A DNA stretch of 60,114 bases, filler included, from Piptocephalis cylindrospora (taxonomy: Eukaryota): the NCBI GenBank assembly GCA_003614145.1. It is 8 parts of 8 records of this genome, joined end to end, with 100 filler letters (N's around TTAATTAATTAA, not from the genome) between each part and the next. Parts side by side here need not be neighbours in the genome. Positions count along the whole stretch, not along the records: positions 7,605 to 15,046 come from KZ988203.1; positions 15,147 to 22,582 come from KZ988204.1; positions 22,683 to 30,118 come from KZ988205.1; 5 more parts are not named here. One strand, 5' to 3'. The notes beneath the pieces are model-generated. The model was not told the origin of the DNA, did not search any database, and saw only the letters and a program-made list of their open reading frames with translations. The position numbers and the translations under genes are program-made. Positions 11,982 through 23,947 of the stretch are shown one piece after another (within the stretch, counting starts at the first letter, position 1; each line of letters starts with the position of its first letter).

Positions 11982-13084
11982 GGCCAGGAGTGTAAAGAGG
12001 ACCAGAGTAAGGAAGAAAAGGTGGATAGAGGGCCCGGAGGTGAGGGGGCTGTGGCGGTTGAAGGGCCAAAAGGACCTTGGGGAGACGGTCGTGGGTAGCA
12101 TATGGGCTAGGATGGCGACTGGGGGGAAGAGGAGTGGATTTTTCTTTCGTCAGGGGCAAAACGTCGTCGGTGGCTAGGGTAGAAGCACTGTGTGGTGTTT
12201 GGAAAAGAGGCAGAGACAGATGGTGGATGAAGAGAGAGGTGAAAGAAAAGAAAGAGTGAACTGGGCCGTGGGCGGGGAAAACAGTGTGGGCCTGACCGTG
12301 CTTTTATGTGTGGAGGGACGAAGGGTCCATGGCTCATGTGAGGAGTGGGGCTGGTAGCCAAGACGCGCCTAGTCCGCTCCACAGTATGGGAAGGAGCGCG
12401 TTTCCCCTCCTTATTCCCCCTTCAATATGTGCGAGAGTGTGTTTCTGCTCTGAGCAATACATTGCATCCTTGAAGGGATCAGGGATAGCTGGCATGAATG
12501 GTTGGGGTTCTTTGTCATGATGGTGACTACACCATATACAGCCCTCCATAAAATGTCATTTGGATGTAGGTGGGATGACGGTAGATCGACATTGTTTCTC
12601 ACATTGTACTTCAGATCTATAAAGGGGCTACTGCATTTTTCAGTAATAAACTGGAAGACTATAGCCTATAAACGTAAATTTGGATTTTTGAAAGTCCAAT
12701 ACTAAAGGCAAACGGGTGTTTGATTTTTATGGGCTTAAACAAGCCCATATGAGTCTTGTGGAGCACGGAAGAAGAAGATGGTTGAGTTTTAATGGCTGAT
12801 TCTTACCATTGTAGATTATCAAAGGAGCCATGGATTGTAGTGGAACTCCCTCCATGCTACCGCCAGCAGTAAGGATTGGTCAGATAGATTCATTTAGTAA
12901 ACTTATTTTTCTTTATTCTCATTAAAAAACGTATTACTTTCTTATTCCTAATATTCGCTATGATGATTAAATTATGACCAAGTCGTGTATATAGGTGGGT
13001 GACTTGTCCCGACAAACACATCGCGTCACACGCTCTCAAGGTCCTCATTTTTACTCCTTCCCACTCCACATTGTCCTAACCACC

Positions 13085-14999
13085 ATGCCCGTCGATCGGT
13101 ACGACTTGCTTCTTCCGTGCTTGGTCGCCTTGGCCACCTTGGCTTGTCCATACACTAAGGTAGAGGAGAGCTTCAATATGCAAGCCACTCATGACATCCT
13201 GGTCCATGGGGCTGATTTGTCCAAGGTAGGTCGTCTCCTCTTGTGGATAATGGTGTGGATGATGATGACAAGGAATGATTCATTCGTCTCCTTTCCAGTA
13301 TGACCACCATGAATTCCCTGGAGTAGTACCTAGAACCTTTCTTGGCCCCATATTCCTTTCCCTGTTGACTTGGCCCACTGAGAGATTCCTTGGATGGGCC
13401 CTTTCCATTCATCCAGAACAGCGATATTTACTTTCTCAGATCCTTGGTAAGAAGAAGAAAGACGTCTTGAACCACTGTTCAGATCATCTGCAGGTAAACT
13501 GAAGATCCGTATTCAAGCTCACTTCTGCTCACTTCTTCCCTTTTGTTCGCAACCATCCCTGTAGCAAGACTGTGGCTAGGGTGGACTACTTGCCTATCTC
13601 TTTCCATCTTCCGTAGGGCCCTTTCCAGAGCCACCAATGCAAAGACTGGTCGGATCTTCCTCCTGATCTGTGCATGTCAATTTCATCTAGTCTTCTGGGC
13701 CTCCAGAACTCTGCCCAATCTATTCGCCTTTCCCCTCGTCACCATTGCTTTGGCCAGATGGGTGGATTCGGGGGCCCCCCAAACCCTGAGGTCCCTAAGT
13801 GCTTCAGAGAGAGCTTGGTCTCTAACCGAATCAGTCATCTGGTTTACCGTAGCCGCGGCCATCTTTCGATCCGAGGTCGCTGGTCTAGCAGCCCCACTTC
13901 TCGTATGTGAGGTGCTTCGGTCGCGCGCCATTTTACCACGTCTGTTTATTTGTGGTCTCATTGCTCTGGCCCTGTCTATTGGTAAGCGCAACAAAGAAGG
14001 AAAGAAAGAATATTTAGCTGATGTGCCCCGTCTAGTTACCACGGTCCTAGTCGATTCATACTTTTGGAGGGAATGGCCCATGTGGCCTGAATGGAAGGTG
14101 TTTTTTTTCAATGCTATCCAGCAACGATCTTCGGAATGGGGAGTAAGTTCGTTGTCTCTGAGGGGGCACTATAATGCCATTTCTTCCCCCCTCTTATCCT
14201 CGTCCTCATCCTTGTGTAATAGACTTCTCCCTGGCATGCCTATTGGACAAGCCTAATTCCCAGAATAGCCCACGTCGCCCTACTTCCTGCCATGGCGGGT
14301 CTTTACCTTTCAGGAGCATGTCGAAGATGGTTGGGGCCCGCAGTGATCTTTGTCGGGGCTTATTCGATGATCGAGCACAAAGAATGGAGATTCATCCTCT
14401 ATATCCTTCCCCTGATCAATGCCTGTGCTGCCGTGGGAGTCGATGGTCTTTGGCGGAACGGGGCAAATGACCGGACCAAGATTAAATCCTTGTTCCTTGG
14501 CCTCATACTCTCCTCCTGTCTCCTGGCAGCTATGGGCACCTGGATCATGGTAGGGATCTCCAGTTGGAACTATCCTGGGGGGTACGCTTTAGCCCGTCTT
14601 CACTCCCTGGTGCCAGCGGACCATCGTGTTCATGTGCACATGGATACAGCTACCGCCATGACTGGGGCTTCCAGGTTTGGGGAACAACGGCATCCCCTCT
14701 GGACCTATGCCAAGGACGAGAATGTTCTCCCTCAGGCGTATGATCGATACACACATCTCCTTACCTCCCGACCCCAGGGGCATGAGGAGGATTTTGAGGT
14801 CCTAGATGTCATACGTGGGTATGGAGGTCTTGCGGTACAATCTCCCTCTTCTTGCCTTGGTCATTGGGTTGGGATCATTCAATCCTTGCTTCAAGGCAAT
14901 AGCAATGACTGGAAGAGTCGCTTCAACCCGTCTCTTCTCCTCCCCATTTTTCCCATTTTGGAGGATAAAATATGGATCATGGGTCGACGAGGGGAGTGA
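13085..14999 (+). CDS. ALG12: Dol-P-Man alpha-1,6-mannosyltransferase (GT22)
   Basis: Multi-exon. Motifs [62 protein letters not shown]. Confidence 0.93.
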
Positions 15000-15046
15000 T
15001 TCTCATTCTGGCTTTTATGAGATAATAATTTTATCCTGTCGATTCA

Positions 15047-15146
15047 NNNNNNNNNNNNNNNNNNNNNNNNNNNNNNNNNNNNNNNNNNNNTTAATTAATT
15101 AANNNNNNNNNNNNNNNNNNNNNNNNNNNNNNNNNNNNNNNNNNNN
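15047..15146. other. Artificial contig spacer
   Basis: N44-TTAATTAATTAA-N44. Confidence 0.98.
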
Positions 15147-15385
15147 AGAGACAAGAGGAGGAGATGGGACCAACGGGAAATACCCCGTTGAATGTCCAGG
15201 TAAAGCCGACGTCGTAGGATGAAAAATACAACCATGATTAGGGAAAGAGCGGAACAGGCTAGGACGATTGCCGTGCCCACCACATAGTAAGCACTATCCC
15301 TGCAGTGATGGATGTTGACGAGCCAACGGCAAGGTGTAGCCTTTACATCGCCCGGGACGGTAAGCCAATCACGGCTCAGGTCCAT
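15147..15385 (-). CDS. 5' fragment of a hypothetical membrane protein, truncated at contig end
   Basis: MDLSRDW...YYVVGTAIVLACSALSLIMVVFFIL-RRR: a TM helix with basic stop-transfer, open into the gap. Confidence 0.4.
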
Positions 15386-16596
15386 GCTCTGCAGGGTTTA
15401 GGGGCTGTCCAGGGCAATGACCTCACCAGATAAGTGGCGATGGCAGGAGGGGGAGAGGAGGGTGCGATTAAAATGTTAGGGAAGAATAGAGAAGCGTAGT
15501 ATATGCGAGTAGTGTTGACGAAAGGGAAGCGAGGATGAAGACGGGTAAAAAATGGGTGAGGGCAAACTAAGGGAGTAACTAGGTAGGAAAGAAAGGAATA
15601 CTAAAGTGGGAAGGGGGAAGGGGGAGGGGCAGCGATAAATGGAAGGTGGGCAGAAACGAAAACGAATCTCGATGCAGCGACAACCTATCCTCATAGCCTC
15701 ATCATCCAGACCGGGATAGCCATCGGAGTTGATGCGTACCGTCCCCATGCGTCTACTCCGACTCTCATGCACATCTGAGGTCGGGTGTACCCTTTGGTGC
15801 CTTGTCTTGCCTACACTCCCTGCCTCATCCAGCTGATGCAGCTCCAAGTAGATCACTAGCTTAGTGCGTCTCCATATCATTTCTAGACGATTTTGGTGTG
15901 CTCAGCAGGGATGGAGGATGTAGGGGCAGGACGAAACTTATCCTTCATCCCCCAGCGGGATCAAAGACCGACCATTTCGCGGAGATAGCCAGGCAAAAAT
16001 ACCCGCCATTGGGGACACGGGTAGTGTGCGCAGCCATTTGTCCACTTGTTTAGGCGCTGTGATTCAGCGCTGGCTTATATTAACATGGGGGTGGTGGTAT
16101 ATAAAAAAAGGTGGTAAACGGCGAAATGGCTTATATTGGCATAGACCAAATGGTCTGTAGGGAATGTGTCTAATATTAGGTATCAAAAAAGCAAATTTAA
16201 CATCTGCTTTATAGGTACTGACGCTCCACTTCTGTGTCAACCATGCCGAGATGAGTTAGGCTGAATTACCACTATCTCATGGTTCACGTTCATATGAAAA
16301 TCCCGCAGGGTCGGACCGAGAATACAGTCACGTCTAACACGAGTACTTGCTTACAAGGAAGTAACCTTGGTTCCATAGGGACATTCTAAACCACCTCCAT
16401 TAGCCGCTTGTCTACCTTCTCTCCCATCTCCTGCTCCGCTTTCTCCTTTCTCTTCTCTTCTCTACATACTTCACTCATACAGGACATCCTCTTCTTATCC
16501 TTGATTCTCTAACGACTTTTTACAAGAAGTTCACGCCCAAGCCTACAAGGCAAAATTTCATTGTCGGATCATTATTATCCTCCACTCCCCTTCAGG

Positions 16597-18378
16597 ATGG
16601 CATTGCTTCGCGTTTCGATTATCCTTTACATTTACTTGCTCATCATACTGGCAACCAATACTTATGGCACATCTCAAGCTGATGACCTGAGTAAGGTGTG
16701 TAGCGATCTCTCACGACATATGACTCCTCTCCGAACCTTGAAGGTTATTCAGCAACTCTCTACCCTGATTCGCCCACTCAAAAAGCATCCAAAAGAACTG
16801 AATAATGTTCATGTTTCCGCGGAAACTGGGCCTTTCCATTCGCTTAGAACCTGCCTCGTCTTGGTGGAGAATATCCTCCCTGAAGTCCCTTTATATCTTC
16901 AATGGCGGGACAGTAATCTGGACATCGGGGGCTTCTCGCTTTCGGAGAGATACATTACTCTTTTCCACTACGCTCAACAATGCATCCGACATCTTCTTTC
17001 ATCTTCAACTGACTCCTCCCGCTGCAGCTCCCTCGCCTCGCTTTTGATAATTCAACCCATGGACTCGTCGCCCATCACTCGGTACCCGTCCCTTGACGAC
17101 TTTAGTCCATCGGTCACAATGTCCTCCAACTATCACTCCCATCCATATACGGTTCGCGCCATCCTTCTATCTGTAATGTATAGTTGGTGGAGGCACCAGA
17201 ACCTCCCTCAATCATTTAAGCATTATATCCCAGGATTTTATTCCTCCCCGGAGCTGCAAAATAAGGAAATCCTGTCCCGTTACGTCGATGAGCTTCAGAA
17301 AGCTCGAGATGAATGGATCCGCAAAATACTACACAATGATCTCCAATCTACTCAGCCCACCGAATCCCTAGCACCTTATATGATCCTTCGAGTGATAGAT
17401 GATTCCCTGCGCCTACTTCTCAAGGACAGCTTCTCCCTGGCATCCTTTCACGTCTACACGGATATTGTCACTGGGAAGGAGCAAGTGCTGAAGAGCGCCT
17501 CCCTGGAGCAGGATCCCTTATCCCAGGGTATGCATACCCTCTTTAGCATCTACAACAAGCATATCTACCAACCAGAGATGTTTTTCGACATTCCCATAGC
17601 CCCCACTTCCCGGTTCCAACGTCTACTTGCCATCCTGGTTAAAGCCAGTAGGGCTGAGGGGAATGCATTTTCAGATATCCTCCACTTGCCCTCCCGCAGA
17701 CGCTCGCCTTCTTTTAAGCACCCTTTCAACTTTCTCATCTCTTCCTTTCCTCATGTCCTGCGGTTTCTACTAAGCTCCTTTGGCAGGGCCAACCGAGATG
17801 TTAAAGGGATGGTCGGGGAGGAATGGGCCTATGTTGGAGGCTACCTTAATGACCTTCTCTCTACTATATCCTTGTCAGGTGTCGGGGGAAAGGCCTCACT
17901 GGGCCCCTTGATATCGGCCTTACAGCTTTGTATTCGTCTTCTTGGCTACATTTTCACCTTGTCGCTAGGGAATATCCCTGTGGAAGGTGTAAGAAAGCTC
18001 AAGGCTCCAATGAATAACCTCATTAGAGCGTTATCCGGAAAATTGTCTGCGCCATACAACCCAAACAGTCTCCATGCAGGGTACATCCTCCTTGGCCAGC
18101 CCATGACCACGAAAGGTGGCCTGTACCGAGATATGGGCGATCTTCTCGTCCTGGCTTCAGGCTTGAATCATATCGTCACTCACATGGACCTGAGTGGACT
18201 CTACATTATAAAATCACATCCCAAAGAAGCAATCTTGGCCGGTCGGTCCTGTGATGCACTGATGTCTTTGTCGTCCTTTGCTAAGATCCAAATGGTCGAT
18301 GCAGGTATGAAGGACACTCGTCTATGGAGTATGACTAAATGGTGCCCCAAAGGGATGGCCCATAGAGAATGGTTTTAG
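16597..18378 (+). CDS. Intronless orphan protein with predicted signal peptide (593 aa)
   Basis: MALLRVSIILYIYLLIILATNTYG N-terminus. Long stop-free ORF, Leu/Ser-rich and helical-looking, with no family recognised. Confidence 0.7.
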   Translation: MALLRVSIILYIYLLIILATNTYGTSQADDLSKVCSDLSRHMTPLRTLKVIQQLSTLIRPLKKHPKELNNVHVSAETGPFHSLRTCLVLVENILPEVPLYLQWRDSNLDIGGFSLSERYITLFHYAQQCIRHLLSSSTDSSRCSSLASLLIIQPMDSSPITRYPSLDDFSPSVTMSSNYHSHPYTVRAILLSVMYSWWRHQNLPQSFKHYIPGFYSSPELQNKEILSRYVDELQKARDEWIRKILHNDLQSTQPTESLAPYMILRVIDDSLRLLLKDSFSLASFHVYTDIVTGKEQVLKSASLEQDPLSQGMHTLFSIYNKHIYQPEMFFDIPIAPTSRFQRLLAILVKASRAEGNAFSDILHLPSRRRSPSFKHPFNFLISSFPHVLRFLLSSFGRANRDVKGMVGEEWAYVGGYLNDLLSTISLSGVGGKASLGPLISALQLCIRLLGYIFTLSLGNIPVEGVRKLKAPMNNLIRALSGKLSAPYNPNSLHAGYILLGQPMTTKGGLYRDMGDLLVLASGLNHIVTHMDLSGLYIIKSHPKEAILAGRSCDALMSLSSFAKIQMVDAGMKDTRLWSMTKWCPKGMAHREWF

Positions 18379-18901
18379 GAGGAAGGGAGGGAGCTGGAAC
18401 AAGCTCTTCCCCAGCTCCAAACATCCCTTTCCCAATAAACGGTATAGTTTATGATTTTGCTAATTAGATACTACGCACTACCCATGTCGGCACATGATGG
18501 CTCCCTAATCTATCTATATATACACCTCTCTCTATCTATCTATCTACCTTTTAGTGTCTCTCTTCTCTGCATTTGAAACGAAGATACGTGCGTTGGCAGC
18601 GCAAAAAGAATTATTATGGGTCGCAAATACGATCATGCGGCCAATGTCCTATGGATGGGAGCTCCAGATATTGATGGGGATGGATGGTTGAGCACACGCG
18701 GACCCCGGTCGTTTATAACACACGCCCTTCCTACGACATCCCCCTTTAGGCTCACTGTACACTAGTTGGCCAGTTCCTGGGGATAAATGTGGCTAAAAAT
18801 ATGAGGTCGGATGCGGAACTAGGCGAATCCCGACTTGTCAGGAGGCTTCCTTCACCTACATCTTCCCCCCGGCTCTCCATCCTCATCCAGAAACTGCCAT
18901 C

Positions 18902-19787
18902 ATGTCCGACCTCATGGAAAAGGCCAAGAAAGACTCGGCGTATCGTGCTGGTGCAAAGCATATCACGCCCGAGACACGCGTCCTCGGAGTCGGTTCCGGT
19001 TCAACTATCGTCTACCTGGTGCATTATCTCCGAGAGAACCGGGAAAAGCTGCATCCCGACCTTGTCTGCATCCCCACCGGTTTTCAGAGTCGGCAACTCC
19101 TGGTCGAGAATGGCTTCCGGGTAGCCGAGCTTGATGAGTAAGTTACTGTGGTTCAGTGCCTGTGTGGGAGCAAAGGGCAAAAAATATGCTTAGACTAGGC
19201 AACAATCTCTCACCATCTCCTTCCTGGGGTGCTCCATATAGATTCCCGGTAATTGACGTAGCTATCGATGGAGCCGATGAGGTGGATGCATCCCTCAATG
19301 TAATTAAGGGAGGGGGCGCTGCCCATCTTCGGGAGAAGGTGGTGGCCTCTGCGGCCAAGGATTTCATCATTATTGCCGATTACCGCAAGATGTCAGAGCA
19401 ATTGGGCCAGCAGGTACGTTGATCATGGATATCAATGATGTGATTTTTACCCTCTTCCCTTCCTTACTCATCCTGCCTGTGTGGTAGTGGAAGCAGGGAG
19501 TGCCCATCGAGGTCATTCCATTTGCCCTGAGCCCGGTCATGGCCAGACTAAAAGAGATGGGAGGAGCTCCGACCCTTCGCATGGCCCAGCGCAAAGCTGG
19601 CCCAGTTGTCACTGACAATGGTAATTTTGTTGTCGATGTCGACTTTGGTCTCATTGCTGATCCCGCCAGCCTCCTCGCCCGTACCAAGGCTCTTGCCGGA
19701 GTTGTGGAAGTGGGTCTTTTTTGCTCCATGGCCCGCATTGCCTACTTTGGCATGGCTGACGGCAGTGTGCAGATCAGAGAGGCCTAA
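18902..19787 (+). CDS. RKI1: Ribose-5-phosphate isomerase A
   Basis: Three exons. [60 protein letters not shown]. Confidence 0.96.
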
Positions 19788-20111
19788 CCGCCTGGATTCC
19801 CTTGGCAGAGATGGTCGGGTCTTGCTAAAGGATGTAGGAAATTCATGTTCCCATGGGAGAAGTGGTGGCAAGCCTCATGTTGTTGAATGAGCTGAAATGA
19901 AGAAAAATGGCAGTGGCCCCTCCCTCAGCGAGAAGGTAAATGAAGGATGCTTTGAATTGAATACTGTATCTCTTGAGGATATGTTATGACCATGGACTTT
20001 AAACAGCATATGTACACCTATTCGCTTTTTCCTGATGCTCAAAGGCATCACTATTAATCTCTAGCTATGGCCCCTTTCCGTAAACCAGATCGAGTACCAA
20101 GCTATCTGTAT

Positions 20112-22385
20112 TTACGGCCTTTGTTTCCTTTTCGAGGGCCTATCAAACTCCTGCTTCATCCCTCCCATCTTATCCACTGCTCGCTTATTCCCCACACTTT
20201 TCACATACCAAGCAGCATCCTTCTACTCAAGTCCATCAGGTAGGAAAAATAAAGGGTAAGTGTATAGGAAAGGAGGTTTCAGATAAATGTCACTCCAACT
20301 GTACCTTGGTGGTGTCCTCGGCAGACAAGTGAGTCCATTTGGTCTGACCAGCAAATCCCAGCTTTTTGGCCTGAAGAGGTTTGGGGAGACTCTCGCGATT
20401 CTTGGGCTCATCCTCCGTCGGAACTTGATAATCCCTAGAGAGTAAGTCCTTTCCCGTATCCTGTAGATAGTCGTGATCAGGATGAGTCGTACAGCTTTAA
20501 AAAGAGAAATGGGCATGGTATACACTGTACATCCATATCCACGCATAACGACTCGTTATTCCCATATCCCTACCTGATAGAAAGCTCCCTTGTGATAGTA
20601 CTTTTGACCAAAGACTCTTTCTCCACCTTTCGATTCGGACTGTTCATTTTGTTGAGCACGTTCAGCATCCTCTGCGACCCGCTCCTCCTCTGTAAGGTTC
20701 CTTCGGCGTTCCACCTCTGCTCTTTCTTGCTCAGCACTAATAAAGAGGATCATTCGTCCAAGAAGGGTTTAGCGGTGAGCCCAGAGTAGTAGGATAGACA
20801 TTAATTCCTTCACTCAGTCCCTTCCCAAGGAAAGGCTTACGTTTCACGATCCTCTCGATCTTGCATGATCCGCTTCAGCTCCCGGAGTCTCCATGCCTGG
20901 AATTCCCCTTCCTCATCTAGACCATCCGTATCGTCTACTTCATTTGAATGGGTTATATCCACGTTACCTAGTCAATATTATAAGTTTGGGGAAGGAGCGA
21001 GGGGATAATTGTAGAAACAAGGTTAAAAAACGACAAGTTGACAACCAAAAACATTTCCCGAGCTTTATATGCATATTCTCCTACAAATGAGATCAAGGAT
21101 AACTTACCTGCTCGACTCTGGCGGATTGCCTCAGTAATAATCCTTTGTGACTCTTTGTACCGCTCTTCGGATTGGTCCTCCTCAGCGCCCGCTGTCTTAT
21201 CCTCAGGAGCCTTACCATTAACCTTTTCTGAGACTCCATGTCGCTTTGATCTAACGAAATAATTTCACGGAAGAAAAGGTGATGAAGAGGTTAGGCATCA
21301 CGTGCTCCTTGTTACCTCTACCTGAGATAATAAAGTACAACTTACTTGGATTTGAATACTGGCTTAAACATAGGTCTCTGGTACTCCTCCTCTTCTTCCT
21401 CTTCCTCATCACTTTCATCTTCCTCCTCTGTATCATCACTCTCCAAATCAGAAGGCGGTCTTTGAGGTGCTTTCGTCAAGATATCCGTCCTTGAAACTTT
21501 CTCTCTATCATCCGGTGATTGTATGATTCTCTACAGTATGAGAAGATGATAATAAATAAGTATCACAAGATGAGGGGGAAAGTGTCACGTCTCTGATCAT
21601 ATTCAGGATATCATATCATGTACTCACCGGTAGATCGGATGGACCAGCAGAGGGAGGAGGCTCTACCTGGGATTCTTGGCTCATCTTATCCTCCTCTTGT
21701 CTACGGCTGGCCAAGGCTCGTTGACGAATGCGCTGACGACGGGCGAGCATAGCCTCATCCTCTCCATCTTCCTCTGAACCTTCGCCTTCACGCTCTCCTC
21801 TGCCTCGCGCAGATCGATCTAGAAAAAAGCATTAGGATAATTGAACGTTATTATAAGAATAAGAGAGAGGGGGAGGGTTACCGCATATCAGTATTTTTTA
21901 TCCCAAGGACAAAAGCCTGCCTTACCTGAACCCCCTTTAGAAGTATGCTGAAGTCGTTGCGCCTGTAAGATTCTACGCAGTCGAGGATCTGATACTTCGT
22001 CAATGGCAACAATGGATTTTCCTGGATCCACGGAGGCTCTTGAGGACGGCTCTGAAGGCTGATGCGAGGGAGGATGCATCCTCTTTTCTAGCCTATCCCT
22101 TGCACTAGAGGCTACCGCCGATGTCTCCTCATCACCTAGACCAGGTCGAGCTCGAATGTGACCAAACCGAGTAAATGCACCCCTCCTTCCTGAAACAGCT
22201 GCTTCGTCTTCTTCCTCTGCTTCCTCTTCGTCCTCGCCTTCGTCCTCTTCCGACGTGGATTCCTCCTCCTGAGCAAGACTCACTCCAGTGGGTAGCTGGC
22301 CAGCACGATACCGATGCACCCGTGCAGGCTTGGGAGCGTTCTGCCCACGGGCATTGGTCCCTGAGGCAGCTTGACGTGAGGACAT
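20112..22385 (-). CDS. MFAP1: MFAP1 / Spp381-like spliceosomal B-complex protein
   Basis: Multi-exon. N-terminal VHRYRAGQLP and DPRLRR; C-terminal VDDTDGLDEEGEFQAWRLRELKRI, QKYYHKGAF, LPKPLQAKKLGFAGQTKWTHLSAEDTT. Stop TAA at 20114-20112. Confidence 0.9.
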
Positions 22386-22582
22386 GGTCTTATACTGCTA
22401 CGGATAAGGATTGTGAGGATAAGGGTAATAATAATAAAGGATCAGAAACTCTAGATGCATTAGGGCTCGGAACATGTACATAAAATAACAAGAACAAGAA
22501 ACAGATAAGAAACACAAAAAAAAAGCACAACCAAAAGGGTGGACCGGGGTTCCTCTAAGCAAAGAAAAAATCAGCCAGCATT

Positions 22583-22682
22583 NNNNNNNNNNNNNNNNNN
22601 NNNNNNNNNNNNNNNNNNNNNNNNNNTTAATTAATTAANNNNNNNNNNNNNNNNNNNNNNNNNNNNNNNNNNNNNNNNNNNN
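22583..22682. other. Artificial contig spacer
   Basis: N44-TTAATTAATTAA-N44. Confidence 0.98.
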
Positions 22683-23947
22683 CAAGAGGGTCCTCCGCAA
22701 GCGTGGATAGGCCCTCGCTAGAGCGGGGGGGGGGGGGGGGGGGTGGGATGGGTGGGGGCGAGGGGAGCATTATATCCCTTGCTTTTCCCCTCTGTTTTTG
22801 TATTTTTTCTCTCTCCACGTACACTCGAAGATTATTGGGGAGAGAGGAAAAAAAAAGGGGGGGGGGGGGGGGGGGGGGGGAGGTCATCTCAATATCCCCC
22901 TCTTTGTCCTATCTCTTCTCATCCTGGTCACCATCCCAAATTCCCCTAATCAGGCCTATAGAGGAGACAAATGGCTCTACTCTCTGTCGGCTCCCATTCT
23001 CATCCCAGCATCGGGCTTTTCAAGGAGACAGCGCGTGAGCGGGGAGGGATGTGTGAACGGATAAAGAAATGCCGGCCAAGAGGTAGGGGGAGAGGAACCT
23101 TGGACCCTCCCTCATCGCCTCATTCTCCGCTCATCTTGTAAGACCCGGCTGTGAGCCCCCCTCCCCCCCTCCCACTCCATATCTATGACCAGGCTGAGAG
23201 ATATTCCCCCTCTCCTTACATTAGTGACCAGGCTTAAGTGTGCTTGCTTTTGAAGGAGCAGCCACCCCACCTCATCTCCCACACCCCAAGTCCACTACCC
23301 CATTCCGCCTGGCCCCACAGGCTTCGGTTGTCCCTGCCTCTGCCGCTATAAGGGCCACAGACACTGACTTTCCCCGCTCTCCTCTCCGTCATAGAGGACG
23401 GTCTTAAGACCGGCGACGCTTCTGGGTTGTGGACGGACCCAGCCTATCTTCCTTTTCTCTCTCTCTCTCTCTTTCTCTCTTCATCCTCGCCCCAATCTCC
23501 ATCCTCATCCCACCCTTCCGTTCTCGTCGCGCCTTATCCACGAGCCCATCTCCCACCCTCCTTTTCTGGCGCTTTTCGTAAGTGACTCTCCTCTCGTCAG
23601 TGTCTTAGATAACCTTAGTCGCACCTGCGCGTGACCCTAGTCGCACCTGCGCGTGCGCACTCTATTAGAGTTCATGTTTCTCAACTCTCCTTCCTGTAGA
23701 CTAAGGGCCCTCATATTCGTGCGCTCGCCTCCACTGCAAATTTCCCTCCTCTCCCCACGACCAACCTCCCCATTTGCTCTCAACTTCTCACTCGATCCGT
23801 GTTTCTTCTCGCTCTCCAAACCCTTTCAATCGCCAAGAAAGTAATCGCACCCCTAAACCAACCCATCAGCCCGCCCCACTTAATCATCATTTGCGTCTTC
23901 AGCCCTTCCTTTTTCGTTTTCCCTCCCCTCAACATTCCCTTCTCATC

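Noticed and set aside
22725..22880. Long poly-G runs as G-quadruplex elements
   Set aside because: They lie near a contig edge, homopolymer lengths are unreliable, and similar runs are scattered through the window.
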